NCBI GenBank assembly: GCA_965228735.1 | Contig: OZ245838.1 | Span: 4,384,001-4,448,000 of the forward strand | Direction: 5' to 3' | Length of the DNA: 64,000 nucleotides | Origin: Planctomycetota bacterium | Lineage (GTDB): Bacteria; Planctomycetota; UBA1135; UBA2386 | Shown: positions 46,560-54,999 of the stretch, piece after piece | Layout of the letters: each line of letters starts with the position of its first letter | Position numbering within the stretch: position 1 is the stretch's first letter | Translations under genes and position numbers: made by a program | The notes under the pieces: model-generated | The model's input: only the letters and a program-made list of their open reading frames with translations | Database searches by the model: none | What the model was told of the DNA's origin: nothing

Positions 46560-48761
46560 CTATTCGATGCGGATGAGCTGGGCGTCCGAAAGGTGGACGT
46601 CGATGCCGGCGAACACGCAGCTCGCGGCCGAAGTGCCCGGAGTCACCCATTGCGCGTACAGCGCTGCACCACGCAACGTGCTCGTCGCCGGGATCGGCAG
46701 CGCCACGAAGGCACGCCCCGTCAGGTCCGTCGTCCGCGGTACGACCCATCCGTTCAACGGATCCGGCACCACACGAAAGCCGCCGCACTGCAAGCCGAAC
46801 GCGTCGGCGCTGAGCATGAGGTACGTGCTGGCGTTCGGTGACCCGCCGAACCGGGCGACGCGGAAGTCGGAGTTGCCGACGACCGCGCACGGGGCCGACA
46901 AGACCCCACCGCTGAAGGCACCGAGCGCGAGGCGGGTCTGCTCGCCGTCCTCGCCCTCGAACACGTAGCCCCAGATCCCGCCGCCGAACGAGAACGAGTT
47001 CGGTCGGTCGACGACGAGCAAGGCCCGCTCCCCGGGTTGGCCAGCCGGGTCCGAGACCGCCGCGATCCGAGGCGCGAACTCGTCGCGACCGATGTTGTCG
47101 ACGACGGTGAAGCGGCCCTCGCAACTGTCGCAGAAGTCCATGTCGACCGACGCGACCACGCTGCCGAAATCACCGAAGACGTTCGCTCCGGCCCAACCGA
47201 CGAGCGCACCACGACCGAGCACACCGACCGTCGCATCGAGTTCGTCGCGCGAGTTGCCGGCGACGGTGGCCGGCGGGGAGACGACGAGCGTCCCGTTGAA
47301 CTGCACGGGCTGGCAGACGATGTCGTTGGGCTGACCCGCGCTCGTCGCGCTCTCCCAGGCAACGACGAAGCGGCGGCCGTCACCGTCGACGGCGGGCAGA
47401 TCGTTGTCGTTGATCCCCGGCGGCACGAGCGCAGCCGTGGCCTGGGCGGTCATGGAGGTTCCGAAGACGACGATCGAGACCCCGGTCGCGTTCACACCCG
47501 GCAGATCGGTCGTATAGGCAGCGAGCATGCTCGCGCCCTCGCCGCGTGCCCGACATACCGCCACGTTGCCGACCCGCGCGACCGGGTCCGAGACGACCGT
47601 TTGTATCGGGCTCGAGAGATCGAAGTCACCCTGCGCATCGAGGCGAATCGCGCGGCCACGGACGGCGTGCAGCGAAGAATCGGTCCAGAGAACGAACGCC
47701 CGATCGGAGAACGACCGTGAGGAGCCACACACGACGGGCTGCAACGCCGACTGGAAGAAGGCACTGTCCGTGATCGTCCCATCGGGCCGCACCGCGATCA
47801 CGGAGGCCATCTGGAACGACTGCCCGATCCTGCCGTACGTGACGACGAACTGACCGCGATCCCGAACCGCCGCGGCCCCTGGGTTCTGCTCGACGCCGTT
47901 GAAGATCGCAGTCAGCGGCAACGTGTTCGAGATCGTCAGCGTCGCCTCGTCGACGGCGTGACTCCAGATGTCCGAGTCGCTGCCCGAGAACACGACCTGA
48001 TAGACGACGAGCCAGGTGCCGGGGACCCACGCGACGTCGGGAAAGACCAGGCTGGAACCGCCCGCGACCTGAAGCGTGGTGACGACCGGATCGAGCACGA
48101 CCGGCAGGGCCGCGGTGTCGACGAACGCGGCGGGGAGGCGCAGTTCGAGCACCCCATCGCGATACCGCGCGGTGCCGCGCACGGTGTCGCCGTCCGCATC
48201 GATGCCGGTCACCTCGCCGATCGCGATGCCGCCGACCCCGGGCTCGAAGAACCGCACTGCCTCGCCACGAGCCGGAAGCGCCAGCGGCAGCTCCGTCGTG
48301 CACGCGCACTCGACGACGAGGTCGCCACTGCCGGCCGGCAGCGCATCGAACACGAAGCTCTGCTCCATGCCTCCCGGCCGGAGCTCATAGCGTTCGTGGC
48401 AGGTACCGCGGTCATAGCGCACGGCGAGCCCCTGCACTGCTGGCACGGCAAGCGGCAACTCCGCGCGATCCGTTCCGCGGCCAGCGCGCGTCGCCCAGAG
48501 GCGCAGTGGGAGATTGCGCGGCGCCGCCGAACCGAGCATCGGCACGTACTCGACACCATCCGACCGGAAGTAGGCCTTGTAGTTCCGCCCACACCCGACG
48601 AGTTCACCGCCAACCTCTCGCAGGCCCGCGCTGTCGCTGATCGCGCGCGAGAGCGGCACGGGCCGCGGTGGCATCGCGCGTTGCGCCGCTGCCGCAGCGA
48701 CGACTCCGAACGTCGCAGCCACGATGCCTGGCACGAGGAGGAGGTTCCGAGCGAGGCTCAT
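46560..48761 (-). CDS. Secreted protein, tandem paralog 1
   Basis: Signal peptide MSLARNLLLV...AAAA|Q. PMLGSAAPRNLPL...LPVVLDP. Ends IPATSTLRGAALYAQW...LSDAQLIRIE. Confidence 0.82.
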   Translation of the reverse strand: MSLARNLLLVPGIVAATFGVVAAAAAQRAMPPRPVPLSRAISDSAGLREVGGELVGCGRNYKAYFRSDGVEYVPMLGSAAPRNLPLRLWATRAGRGTDRAELPLAVPAVQGLAVRYDRGTCHERYELRPGGMEQSFVFDALPAGSGDLVVECACTTELPLALPARGEAVRFFEPGVGGIAIGEVTGIDADGDTVRGTARYRDGVLELRLPAAFVDTAALPVVLDPVVTTLQVAGGSSLVFPDVAWVPGTWLVVYQVVFSGSDSDIWSHAVDEATLTISNTLPLTAIFNGVEQNPGAAAVRDRGQFVVTYGRIGQSFQMASVIAVRPDGTITDSAFFQSALQPVVCGSSRSFSDRAFVLWTDSSLHAVRGRAIRLDAQGDFDLSSPIQTVVSDPVARVGNVAVCRARGEGASMLAAYTTDLPGVNATGVSIVVFGTSMTAQATAALVPPGINDNDLPAVDGDGRRFVVAWESATSAGQPNDIVCQPVQFNGTLVVSPPATVAGNSRDELDATVGVLGRGALVGWAGANVFGDFGSVVASVDMDFCDSCEGRFTVVDNIGRDEFAPRIAAVSDPAGQPGERALLVVDRPNSFSFGGGIWGYVFEGEDGEQTRLALGAFSGGVLSAPCAVVGNSDFRVARFGGSPNASTYLMLSADAFGLQCGGFRVVPDPLNGWVVPRTTDLTGRAFVALPIPATSTLRGAALYAQWVTPGTSAASCVFAGIDVHLSDAQLIRIE

Positions 48762-48831
48762 GGACGTGAGAGCGACGGCCGACTCGCCCGCGCGCGGTCG
48801 GATCCCGGAATTCCCGTAGACTCCGACGATC

Positions 48832-49413
48832 GTGAACCAGCCCCCAACCGACGAACTCCGAGAGCTCGTTCGCGCTGCCCAGCGCGGCGACCGGGAGGCG
48901 CTCGGGCAAGTCCTCGAACGCATGCAGATCCCGCTGACGGCGTTCGTGCGCGTCCGGGCCGGCAACCTCGTGCTCGAACGCGAATCGGCGCACGACATCG
49001 TGCAATCGGTCTGTCGGGAGGTGGTCGAGGACCTCGGCGAATTCGAGTACCGCGGCGAGACCGCGATGCGCAACTGGCTGTTCGTGTTGGCGACACGCAA
49101 GCTGCTCGACCGCAAGAAGTTCTATCGCCGCGGCAAACGCGACATCGGCCGCGAGGTCGGCGCCGAGGAACTGCTGCGCTGCTACGGCACGCTCGCGACA
49201 CCGAGCCAGGTTGCTTCCGCCCGGGAACAACTCGAGTGCGTCGAGACGGCACTCGGCCGGTTGCCCGCAACGCAGCGTGACGCGATCGCCTATTCCCGAC
49301 TGCTCGGGCTCGGCTACCCGGAGATCGCAGAGCGCATGGCGACGACCGAAGCCGCAGTTCGCAGCCTCGTATCGCGCGGCCTCGCACGGCTGGCAGACGA
49401 GCTCGAAGAATAG
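48832..49413 (+). CDS. ECF-type RNA polymerase sigma factor
   Basis: AAQRGDREAL, HDIVQS, RNWLFVLA, ALGRLPATQRDAI...GYPEIAERM...AVRSLVSRGLARL. Confidence 0.9.
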   Translation: MNQPPTDELRELVRAAQRGDREALGQVLERMQIPLTAFVRVRAGNLVLERESAHDIVQSVCREVVEDLGEFEYRGETAMRNWLFVLATRKLLDRKKFYRRGKRDIGREVGAEELLRCYGTLATPSQVASAREQLECVETALGRLPATQRDAIAYSRLLGLGYPEIAERMATTEAAVRSLVSRGLARLADELEE

Positions 49414-49472
49414 AGTACGAATCGCCGCGCGCTGTCCGGACGCCGTCGCTCTGCTACCGAACCGCGAGTCGA

Positions 49473-51773
49473 ATGATGACAGAAGTCAGGAAGAACCTCG
49501 TTCGAAGCCTCGTGGCCCGCTGCGTCGAAGCGACCGAACGCGGCGAACACGATCCCGCCGCCGCAGTCTGCGCCAACGACCCTGAGCTGGAATCGGCCGT
49601 CCGGAATCGACTCGCGCGGCTCGAACGACTCGGGTTGATCGCGCCCGCGGGCAGCCCGGAGCTCGATTCATTCGGCAGCTACCGGGTCGAGCGGCTGCTC
49701 GGCACAGGCGGGATGGGCGCGGTCTACCTCGCGACCCAGCACGAACCCGTCCGGCGTCACGTCGCACTCAAGGTCATCAAGCTCGGGATGGACAGCGCGG
49801 CGGTGATGCGGCGCTTCGAACTCGAGCGACAGGCTCTTGCCGCAATGGATCACGACGCGATCGCGAAGATCTACGACGCCGGCATGACCGATCGTGGGCA
49901 ACCGTTCTTCTCGATGGAATACGTCGAGGGCGCGACGATCACCGACTACTGCGACGCCCACGAGCTGTCGGTAGTCGACAGACTGTTGTTGTTCATCGAG
50001 GTCTGCACGGGCGTGCAGCACGCCCATCAGAAAGGAGTCGTGCACCGCGACCTCAAGCCTTCGAACGTCCTCGTCCGTCACCAGGCTGACGGGCCAAGAC
50101 CGAAGATCATCGACTTCGGCCTCGCACGCGCCACCGATCGTGACGGACTGCGACAGTCGCTGTTGACCGAACTCGGCCAGGTCGTCGGCACACCCGAATA
50201 CATGGCTCCCGAACAGGCCGAGGCCGACATCGCACAAGTCGACACCCGCAGCGACGTCTACTCCCTCGGGGTCATGCTGTTCGAGATCCTCACGGGGAAC
50301 CTGCCGGAGGGCCACGGCAAGCGGCCGAGTACGGTCACGGCGGCACCCGCGATCGAGCGGGCATTGCGTGGCGACCTCGACTGGATCGTGCTGCGCGCGA
50401 TGGCGCTGGAGCCAGATCGCCGCTATGCCTCGGCCGCCGAGCTCGCCCAGGACCTCAAGCGCCACCTCGACGGCGACCCGGTCCTCGCTGGTCCCCCGAG
50501 CGCGACCTATCGCCTCACGAAGCTCGTTCGCCGCCACCGCGTCTTGTTCGGCGCCGCTGCGCTCGTCGTGACCGTCGCCGTCGCGAGCGCCGTGGCGCTC
50601 TACGTCGCGTTCGCGAGAGCGACGCGGGATGCCGACGACGCCCGTGCCAATCTGAAGCTCGCCGTCGAGGCCGTCGACTCGTTGCTGGTGCAAAACGCCG
50701 ACTCGAGACTGCGAGGCGTCCCCAACGCCAACCCGATCATCCTGGATTCGCTGCGCGACGCCATCGCACTCTACGACCGGCTGCTCGCCCGCGTGCCCGG
50801 CGACCACGAGCTGCGGTTGCGCCGCGCCGAAGCCAGTTCGAAGCTCGGGGCGCGCCTCGTCGGCTGGCGGGGAGTGGACTGCGAAGAAGGCCGCGAGTCG
50901 CTCCACACCGCGGCCCGCACACTCGCGGAACTGCGCCGGGCTCGGCCGGACGACGCCCGCGTCGTTCGGGCGCAGGCCCGGCTCGTGCTGCACGAGGGCG
51001 CCGTGCTGCTCGCGCTCGGCGACCGCGAGAAGGCGATCGCCGACTGGCGGCGCGCGGTCGAGGACCTGACCCGCGACGGCCGCGCCCCTCGCCTGTTGGC
51101 CGATCTGCATCAGCATCGCGCGAACTGGGCGCTCGTCGAGAACGACTTCGAAACCGCGCTGTCCTCGGCGCGCGAGTCCTTGCAGCGCCGGCGCGCACTC
51201 GTCGCCGCGAACCCCGGCGACGACGTCGTGCGAACGGAACTGGCGCGGGCGCTCAACCAGATGGTCGCGTTGCACGGGCGGCAGCGCAACGTCGAGGCCG
51301 CACTGCCGTTCTCCGAGGAAGCCTGCGCACTCGCCGATGCGCTCACGGCGAGTCACGGGAACGACGAGTATTACCGTCAGGATCAGGTCACCGCGTGGGC
51401 GCTGCGGGCAGAGCTCGAACGTGAGACCAGGCGTCTCACGAACAGCGAACGCTCGGCCCGCCGGGCGCTCGCGCTCTACACCGCGCTCATCGCCGACCAC
51501 CCGGAGAACACGTTGCACAAGTACGGTGCGTGTACGGCGCAGCTCACTCTGGCGAAGGTGCTGTTCGCGAACGGCGACCGCGAATCGGCGATCGCCCTGG
51601 TGCGTGACGGGCTCACGCAGAGCGCCCTGCTGCGAAGACACAACCCCCGGAACCCGCAGTTCACCGAGCTGCGGCGCTGGCAACTGCGCGCGCTCGTCCC
51701 GATGCTCGAACCCGGCACCGAATCCGAGAACGACGCGCGTGAAGAACTCGCCCGTCTGGAAGCCAAGCGCTGA
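49473..51773 (+). CDS. Hanks-type Ser/Thr protein kinase with one TM helix and C-terminal TPR-like repeats
   Basis: LGTGGMGAVY, VALKVIK, HRDLKPSN, DFGLA, GTPEYMAPE, DVYSLG. TM VLFGAAALVVTVAVASAVALYV. Confidence 0.92.
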   Translation: MMTEVRKNLVRSLVARCVEATERGEHDPAAAVCANDPELESAVRNRLARLERLGLIAPAGSPELDSFGSYRVERLLGTGGMGAVYLATQHEPVRRHVALKVIKLGMDSAAVMRRFELERQALAAMDHDAIAKIYDAGMTDRGQPFFSMEYVEGATITDYCDAHELSVVDRLLLFIEVCTGVQHAHQKGVVHRDLKPSNVLVRHQADGPRPKIIDFGLARATDRDGLRQSLLTELGQVVGTPEYMAPEQAEADIAQVDTRSDVYSLGVMLFEILTGNLPEGHGKRPSTVTAAPAIERALRGDLDWIVLRAMALEPDRRYASAAELAQDLKRHLDGDPVLAGPPSATYRLTKLVRRHRVLFGAAALVVTVAVASAVALYVAFARATRDADDARANLKLAVEAVDSLLVQNADSRLRGVPNANPIILDSLRDAIALYDRLLARVPGDHELRLRRAEASSKLGARLVGWRGVDCEEGRESLHTAARTLAELRRARPDDARVVRAQARLVLHEGAVLLALGDREKAIADWRRAVEDLTRDGRAPRLLADLHQHRANWALVENDFETALSSARESLQRRRALVAANPGDDVVRTELARALNQMVALHGRQRNVEAALPFSEEACALADALTASHGNDEYYRQDQVTAWALRAELERETRRLTNSERSARRALALYTALIADHPENTLHKYGACTAQLTLAKVLFANGDRESAIALVRDGLTQSALLRRHNPRNPQFTELRRWQLRALVPMLEPGTESENDAREELARLEAKR

Positions 51774-51808
51774 GCGGTCGAAGCCGCGCACGACCCCCGC
51801 GGCAGCTC

Positions 51809-53746
51809 TCAGAGGATGTCGAGAACGCCGGACAATCCGTTCGTCAGCGTGTTGACCGGCTCCATATAGTTGCTGTCGACGGTGAGGCGGGTGTTGAACG
51901 GCAACAGTTCCTTGTCACCGATGCCGCCGAGCGCGGCGGCGACGAAGCCGCGGGCGATCTTGGTCAGGTCGCGCTTGTCGAGCAGGTCGAGGAGCGGGCC
52001 GATCGAACGGCGGTCGCGGATCCGGCCGATGCCGATCGCGAGCGCCGACAGCACGGCGACGCTGTCGCTCTGCTGCATCAGATCGACGAGGTTGGTCGAC
52101 GCCTGGCGGTCGCCGAGCTGGCCGAGGGCGATCGCGCAGCGCTGCACGAGGAACGGTCGGCGGGTGCTGCGCTTGAGCAGCTGGGTCAGGTCGTGCGACG
52201 CGGCCCGTTCTCCGAGCAGGGCGAGCGTGAGGCACAGGTAGCCCGCCGCTTCCTGGTCGGATTCGTGCTCGACGAGCAGCCGCTGCACGGCGGGTGCGGC
52301 CTGCTTGTAGCCCGTGAGCCCGAGGCTGATCGCCAGCGCCCCCATCAGGGAGTTGTCGCTGACGTCGCGCAGGTCGTCGAGCAGCATGCGGGCGATGACC
52401 TCGTCGGGCTTGTCCGCCGTGCCCCGGTCGTAGGCCTGCAGGCCGAGGGCCAGCGCGGCCCACGGCTTTTCCGTGCCTTTCCGGCCGCGGATGTAGCTCT
52501 GGACGAGGAACTCGCGGTTGCTCGGCCCGCCGATGCGACCGAGCGAGATCAGGCTGAAGAACCGGGTGCTCTGGTCGCGCGCGTCCTCCCACACGTCCCG
52601 CAGCGTCTGCGAGAACACGGCGTCGCCCGAGTGATGCTCGCTCGGCACCGCCATCATGCCGAGCGCGATCGCGCTCGATCGCAGGATCGGGTTGCCGCGC
52701 GGCTTGCGCGCCGTCAGCTCCTCGACCAGCCGCTCCTTCGCCCGCCGGTGCACGGGGCTGTTGCCGCGACCGAGCAGGCGACCGACCGCGATCGGCGCGT
52801 GCGCCTGGATCGCCTCGAAGCCGGCGCCGCGGTCCGCTTCGAACCAGGTGAACAGCTCGTCGACCGTCTGCCACAGCAAGCGCTTCTCGAGACCACGCGG
52901 TTGCAGGTCGAGGATGCCGAGTCCGGACACCGCGGCGACGTTGAGATCGCGGTCCTTCTGCTTGGGGTCGGCAAGCACGGCCCAGAGCACGTCGTGCACG
53001 TTCTGCTTGAGCTCGACGTCCGGCGCGCGCGCGGCGAGCAGACCGAGGCTGTAGCCCGCGAACGCGCGGGTGCGCTCCTTGACCTCGTCGCGTTCGACGA
53101 GCCGTCGGCCGGTCTTCTCGTCCCGCAGCAGGGACACGAGGATCGGGTACGCGGCCTTGCGCCCCGCGATGCCGAGCGCGAGCACGGCCGTCTCGCGGAC
53201 CTCCTGGTCGTCGCGCGGAATGTGCTTCTGGATCACCTCCTCGAGCACGACGCCCGGCGCATCGCGACCGATCTTGCCGAGCGCCACGAGACACGCGGTG
53301 ACGATGTCACGGTTGCGTTCTTTCTCGAGCAACGCGGCCAGCGCCGGAACGATGCGTTCGATGAGGTCCTTGTCCGTCGGCGCGAGCATGTCGAACCGCA
53401 CCTGATGCCGGCCCGCGCCGAGGTAGAAGTCGTCCGACCCGGTGACCGGCAACGATTCGCGCACCTCGCGGCCGAGCAGGAACGGCCGCTGGTTGAACTC
53501 CCACCACTGCTGCCAGCGGGTGACGCTCGGCGCGACCAGCACGTAGCCGCCGCCGGTGACCGCCGGCGTCGACGGGGCCGGCGCGGACGGCGCCGCCGGT
53601 CGGCCGGACGAACCCGGCCGGCCGATCTTCGGCACCGGCAGTTGCGGCGGCGGCCCCTGGTATTGGCCCCCGTGAGCCAGGAGAGCCGCCGAGAGCGTCG
53701 CGAACGTCAGCGCGACGCGAACCGGGGTGCGTGCGAGGAGGGCCAT
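51809..53746 (-). CDS. Secreted HEAT-repeat protein
   Basis: Signal peptide ending LLA|HGGQYQGP. Many ALG.IG helical repeats (VRETAVLALGIAG, SAIALGMM, CAIALGQLGD). Confidence 0.82.
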   Translation of the reverse strand: MALLARTPVRVALTFATLSAALLAHGGQYQGPPPQLPVPKIGRPGSSGRPAAPSAPAPSTPAVTGGGYVLVAPSVTRWQQWWEFNQRPFLLGREVRESLPVTGSDDFYLGAGRHQVRFDMLAPTDKDLIERIVPALAALLEKERNRDIVTACLVALGKIGRDAPGVVLEEVIQKHIPRDDQEVRETAVLALGIAGRKAAYPILVSLLRDEKTGRRLVERDEVKERTRAFAGYSLGLLAARAPDVELKQNVHDVLWAVLADPKQKDRDLNVAAVSGLGILDLQPRGLEKRLLWQTVDELFTWFEADRGAGFEAIQAHAPIAVGRLLGRGNSPVHRRAKERLVEELTARKPRGNPILRSSAIALGMMAVPSEHHSGDAVFSQTLRDVWEDARDQSTRFFSLISLGRIGGPSNREFLVQSYIRGRKGTEKPWAALALGLQAYDRGTADKPDEVIARMLLDDLRDVSDNSLMGALAISLGLTGYKQAAPAVQRLLVEHESDQEAAGYLCLTLALLGERAASHDLTQLLKRSTRRPFLVQRCAIALGQLGDRQASTNLVDLMQQSDSVAVLSALAIGIGRIRDRRSIGPLLDLLDKRDLTKIARGFVAAALGGIGDKELLPFNTRLTVDSNYMEPVNTLTNGLSGVLDIL

Positions 53747-53818
53747 GGCAGGAATCTAGTCGGCGCGCGCCGCCGCGGTAACCGCCTCGGGGCCCGTTCC
53801 TGCGGTGAATCTGTGGCG

Positions 53819-54919
53819 CTAGATTTGCGTAGCGACCGCAGGTGTCCTGCTGGCGAGACGGTCGCCGTCCGGAGTCACGACGAGCGCCCGGACGAGCACG
53901 CTCCGACCAGCGATCGCGGGCCCGGACGGAAAGCGCAGCAGGGCAGAAATCCGGCCATCCGCCGGCACCTGACCGAACAGATCGACGCCGAAATTGCCCG
54001 CGATGTCGCCGAGCAGAACGGTCGGCGCGACCGGCCCGTGCAGCAACCAGGGCTCGAGGCCCGCGACCGTCTTCGGCAGCAACGGGTGGGGCCGGTCGAG
54101 CGCCAGTTCGACGACGTACCAGTGCCCACCCGAGTGCGCGGTCGCCGCGCGCAGTTCCGCATCCGCATCATCGTGCAGCCCACCGGCCGGCCCGACGCGC
54201 ACGATCACGCTGCTCGCTCGTGCCGCGGTCGGCGGCTCGACCCGCACGTTCTCGAACTCGACCTGCGACGCGTGCGACCAGGTGTCGTGACCGCCCTCAC
54301 CGTGCGCGCCGTCGAGCGCCTGCAGCACGAGTTCGTCGTCGAACCACGCGTGCAGCCGGAAGCCTTCGACCTGGAACGCGAGCTCGTGCGCGCGATCGTC
54401 GGCGACTGGGCCCGGCGCCGACCGGATGACCATGGCGTCGCCACCGAGTGCGCGCTCGAAGCGGAACTCGCCGCGCTCGCGGTCCCACACGAAACGATAC
54501 CAGTTGTCGTCGTCGCGCCGCCGTGCGACGAGGCCCCACGCCCCGCCCGAGTCCTCGGCGGTCGCCGTCGCGCGCACCATGTAGTCGCGCTGGCCGGGGG
54601 CGAGCTCGATCGGCGCTGCCGCGGTCCCGGGCGCGACCGCGATGGCCAGCGTCGACCCGGGCGGCGCGGTGACCTGCAACGAGTCGGGCTTGCCCGCCGC
54701 GTCGCGCGGAAAGTGCACGTGGTAGCCGCCCGGTGGCAGCTCGAGCGGCATCGCGCGCTGCATGCGAATCGGCGTGCCGGGCCCGATGACCCGCATGCCG
54801 CCGGCGGCGAGCCGCGGATACCAGTTGGTCGATTCCTGGGCCGCGAGCTCCGAACCCGGGGCCCAGGCCAGAAACGCGGCCGCCACGACGCAGGCGGCGG
54901 ATCTATCGGCTCTCGACAT
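53819..54919 (-). CDS. Secreted protein with a ConA/DUF1080-like beta-sandwich and a diverged shared C-terminal domain
   Basis: Signal peptide ending LAA|Q. WGLVARRRDDDNWYRF...HELAFQVEGFRLHAWFDD...VEFENVRV. Ends LRFPSGPAIAGRSVLVRALVV...TPAVATQI. Confidence 0.65.
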   Translation of the reverse strand: MSRADRSAACVVAAAFLAWAPGSELAAQESTNWYPRLAAGGMRVIGPGTPIRMQRAMPLELPPGGYHVHFPRDAAGKPDSLQVTAPPGSTLAIAVAPGTAAAPIELAPGQRDYMVRATATAEDSGGAWGLVARRRDDDNWYRFVWDRERGEFRFERALGGDAMVIRSAPGPVADDRAHELAFQVEGFRLHAWFDDELVLQALDGAHGEGGHDTWSHASQVEFENVRVEPPTAARASSVIVRVGPAGGLHDDADAELRAATAHSGGHWYVVELALDRPHPLLPKTVAGLEPWLLHGPVAPTVLLGDIAGNFGVDLFGQVPADGRISALLRFPSGPAIAGRSVLVRALVVTPDGDRLASRTPAVATQI

Positions 54920-54999
54920 CGGCAGGATCATACTTCGGGTTGCCCGGTCCCGGCTGCGGCAGGTAACCTGCTCGCCCTCGAATTCGGAAACGACGCGCT

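Noticed and set aside
5784..54919. Assigning the shared C-terminal domain to PEP-CTERM, LPXTG, autotransporter or canonical T9SS CTD
   Set aside because: It has no PEP or LPXTG motif, no TM helix with basic tail, is too short for an autotransporter barrel, and lacks the typical YPNP/KxxK T9SS pattern. A remote fold-level relationship is not excluded.
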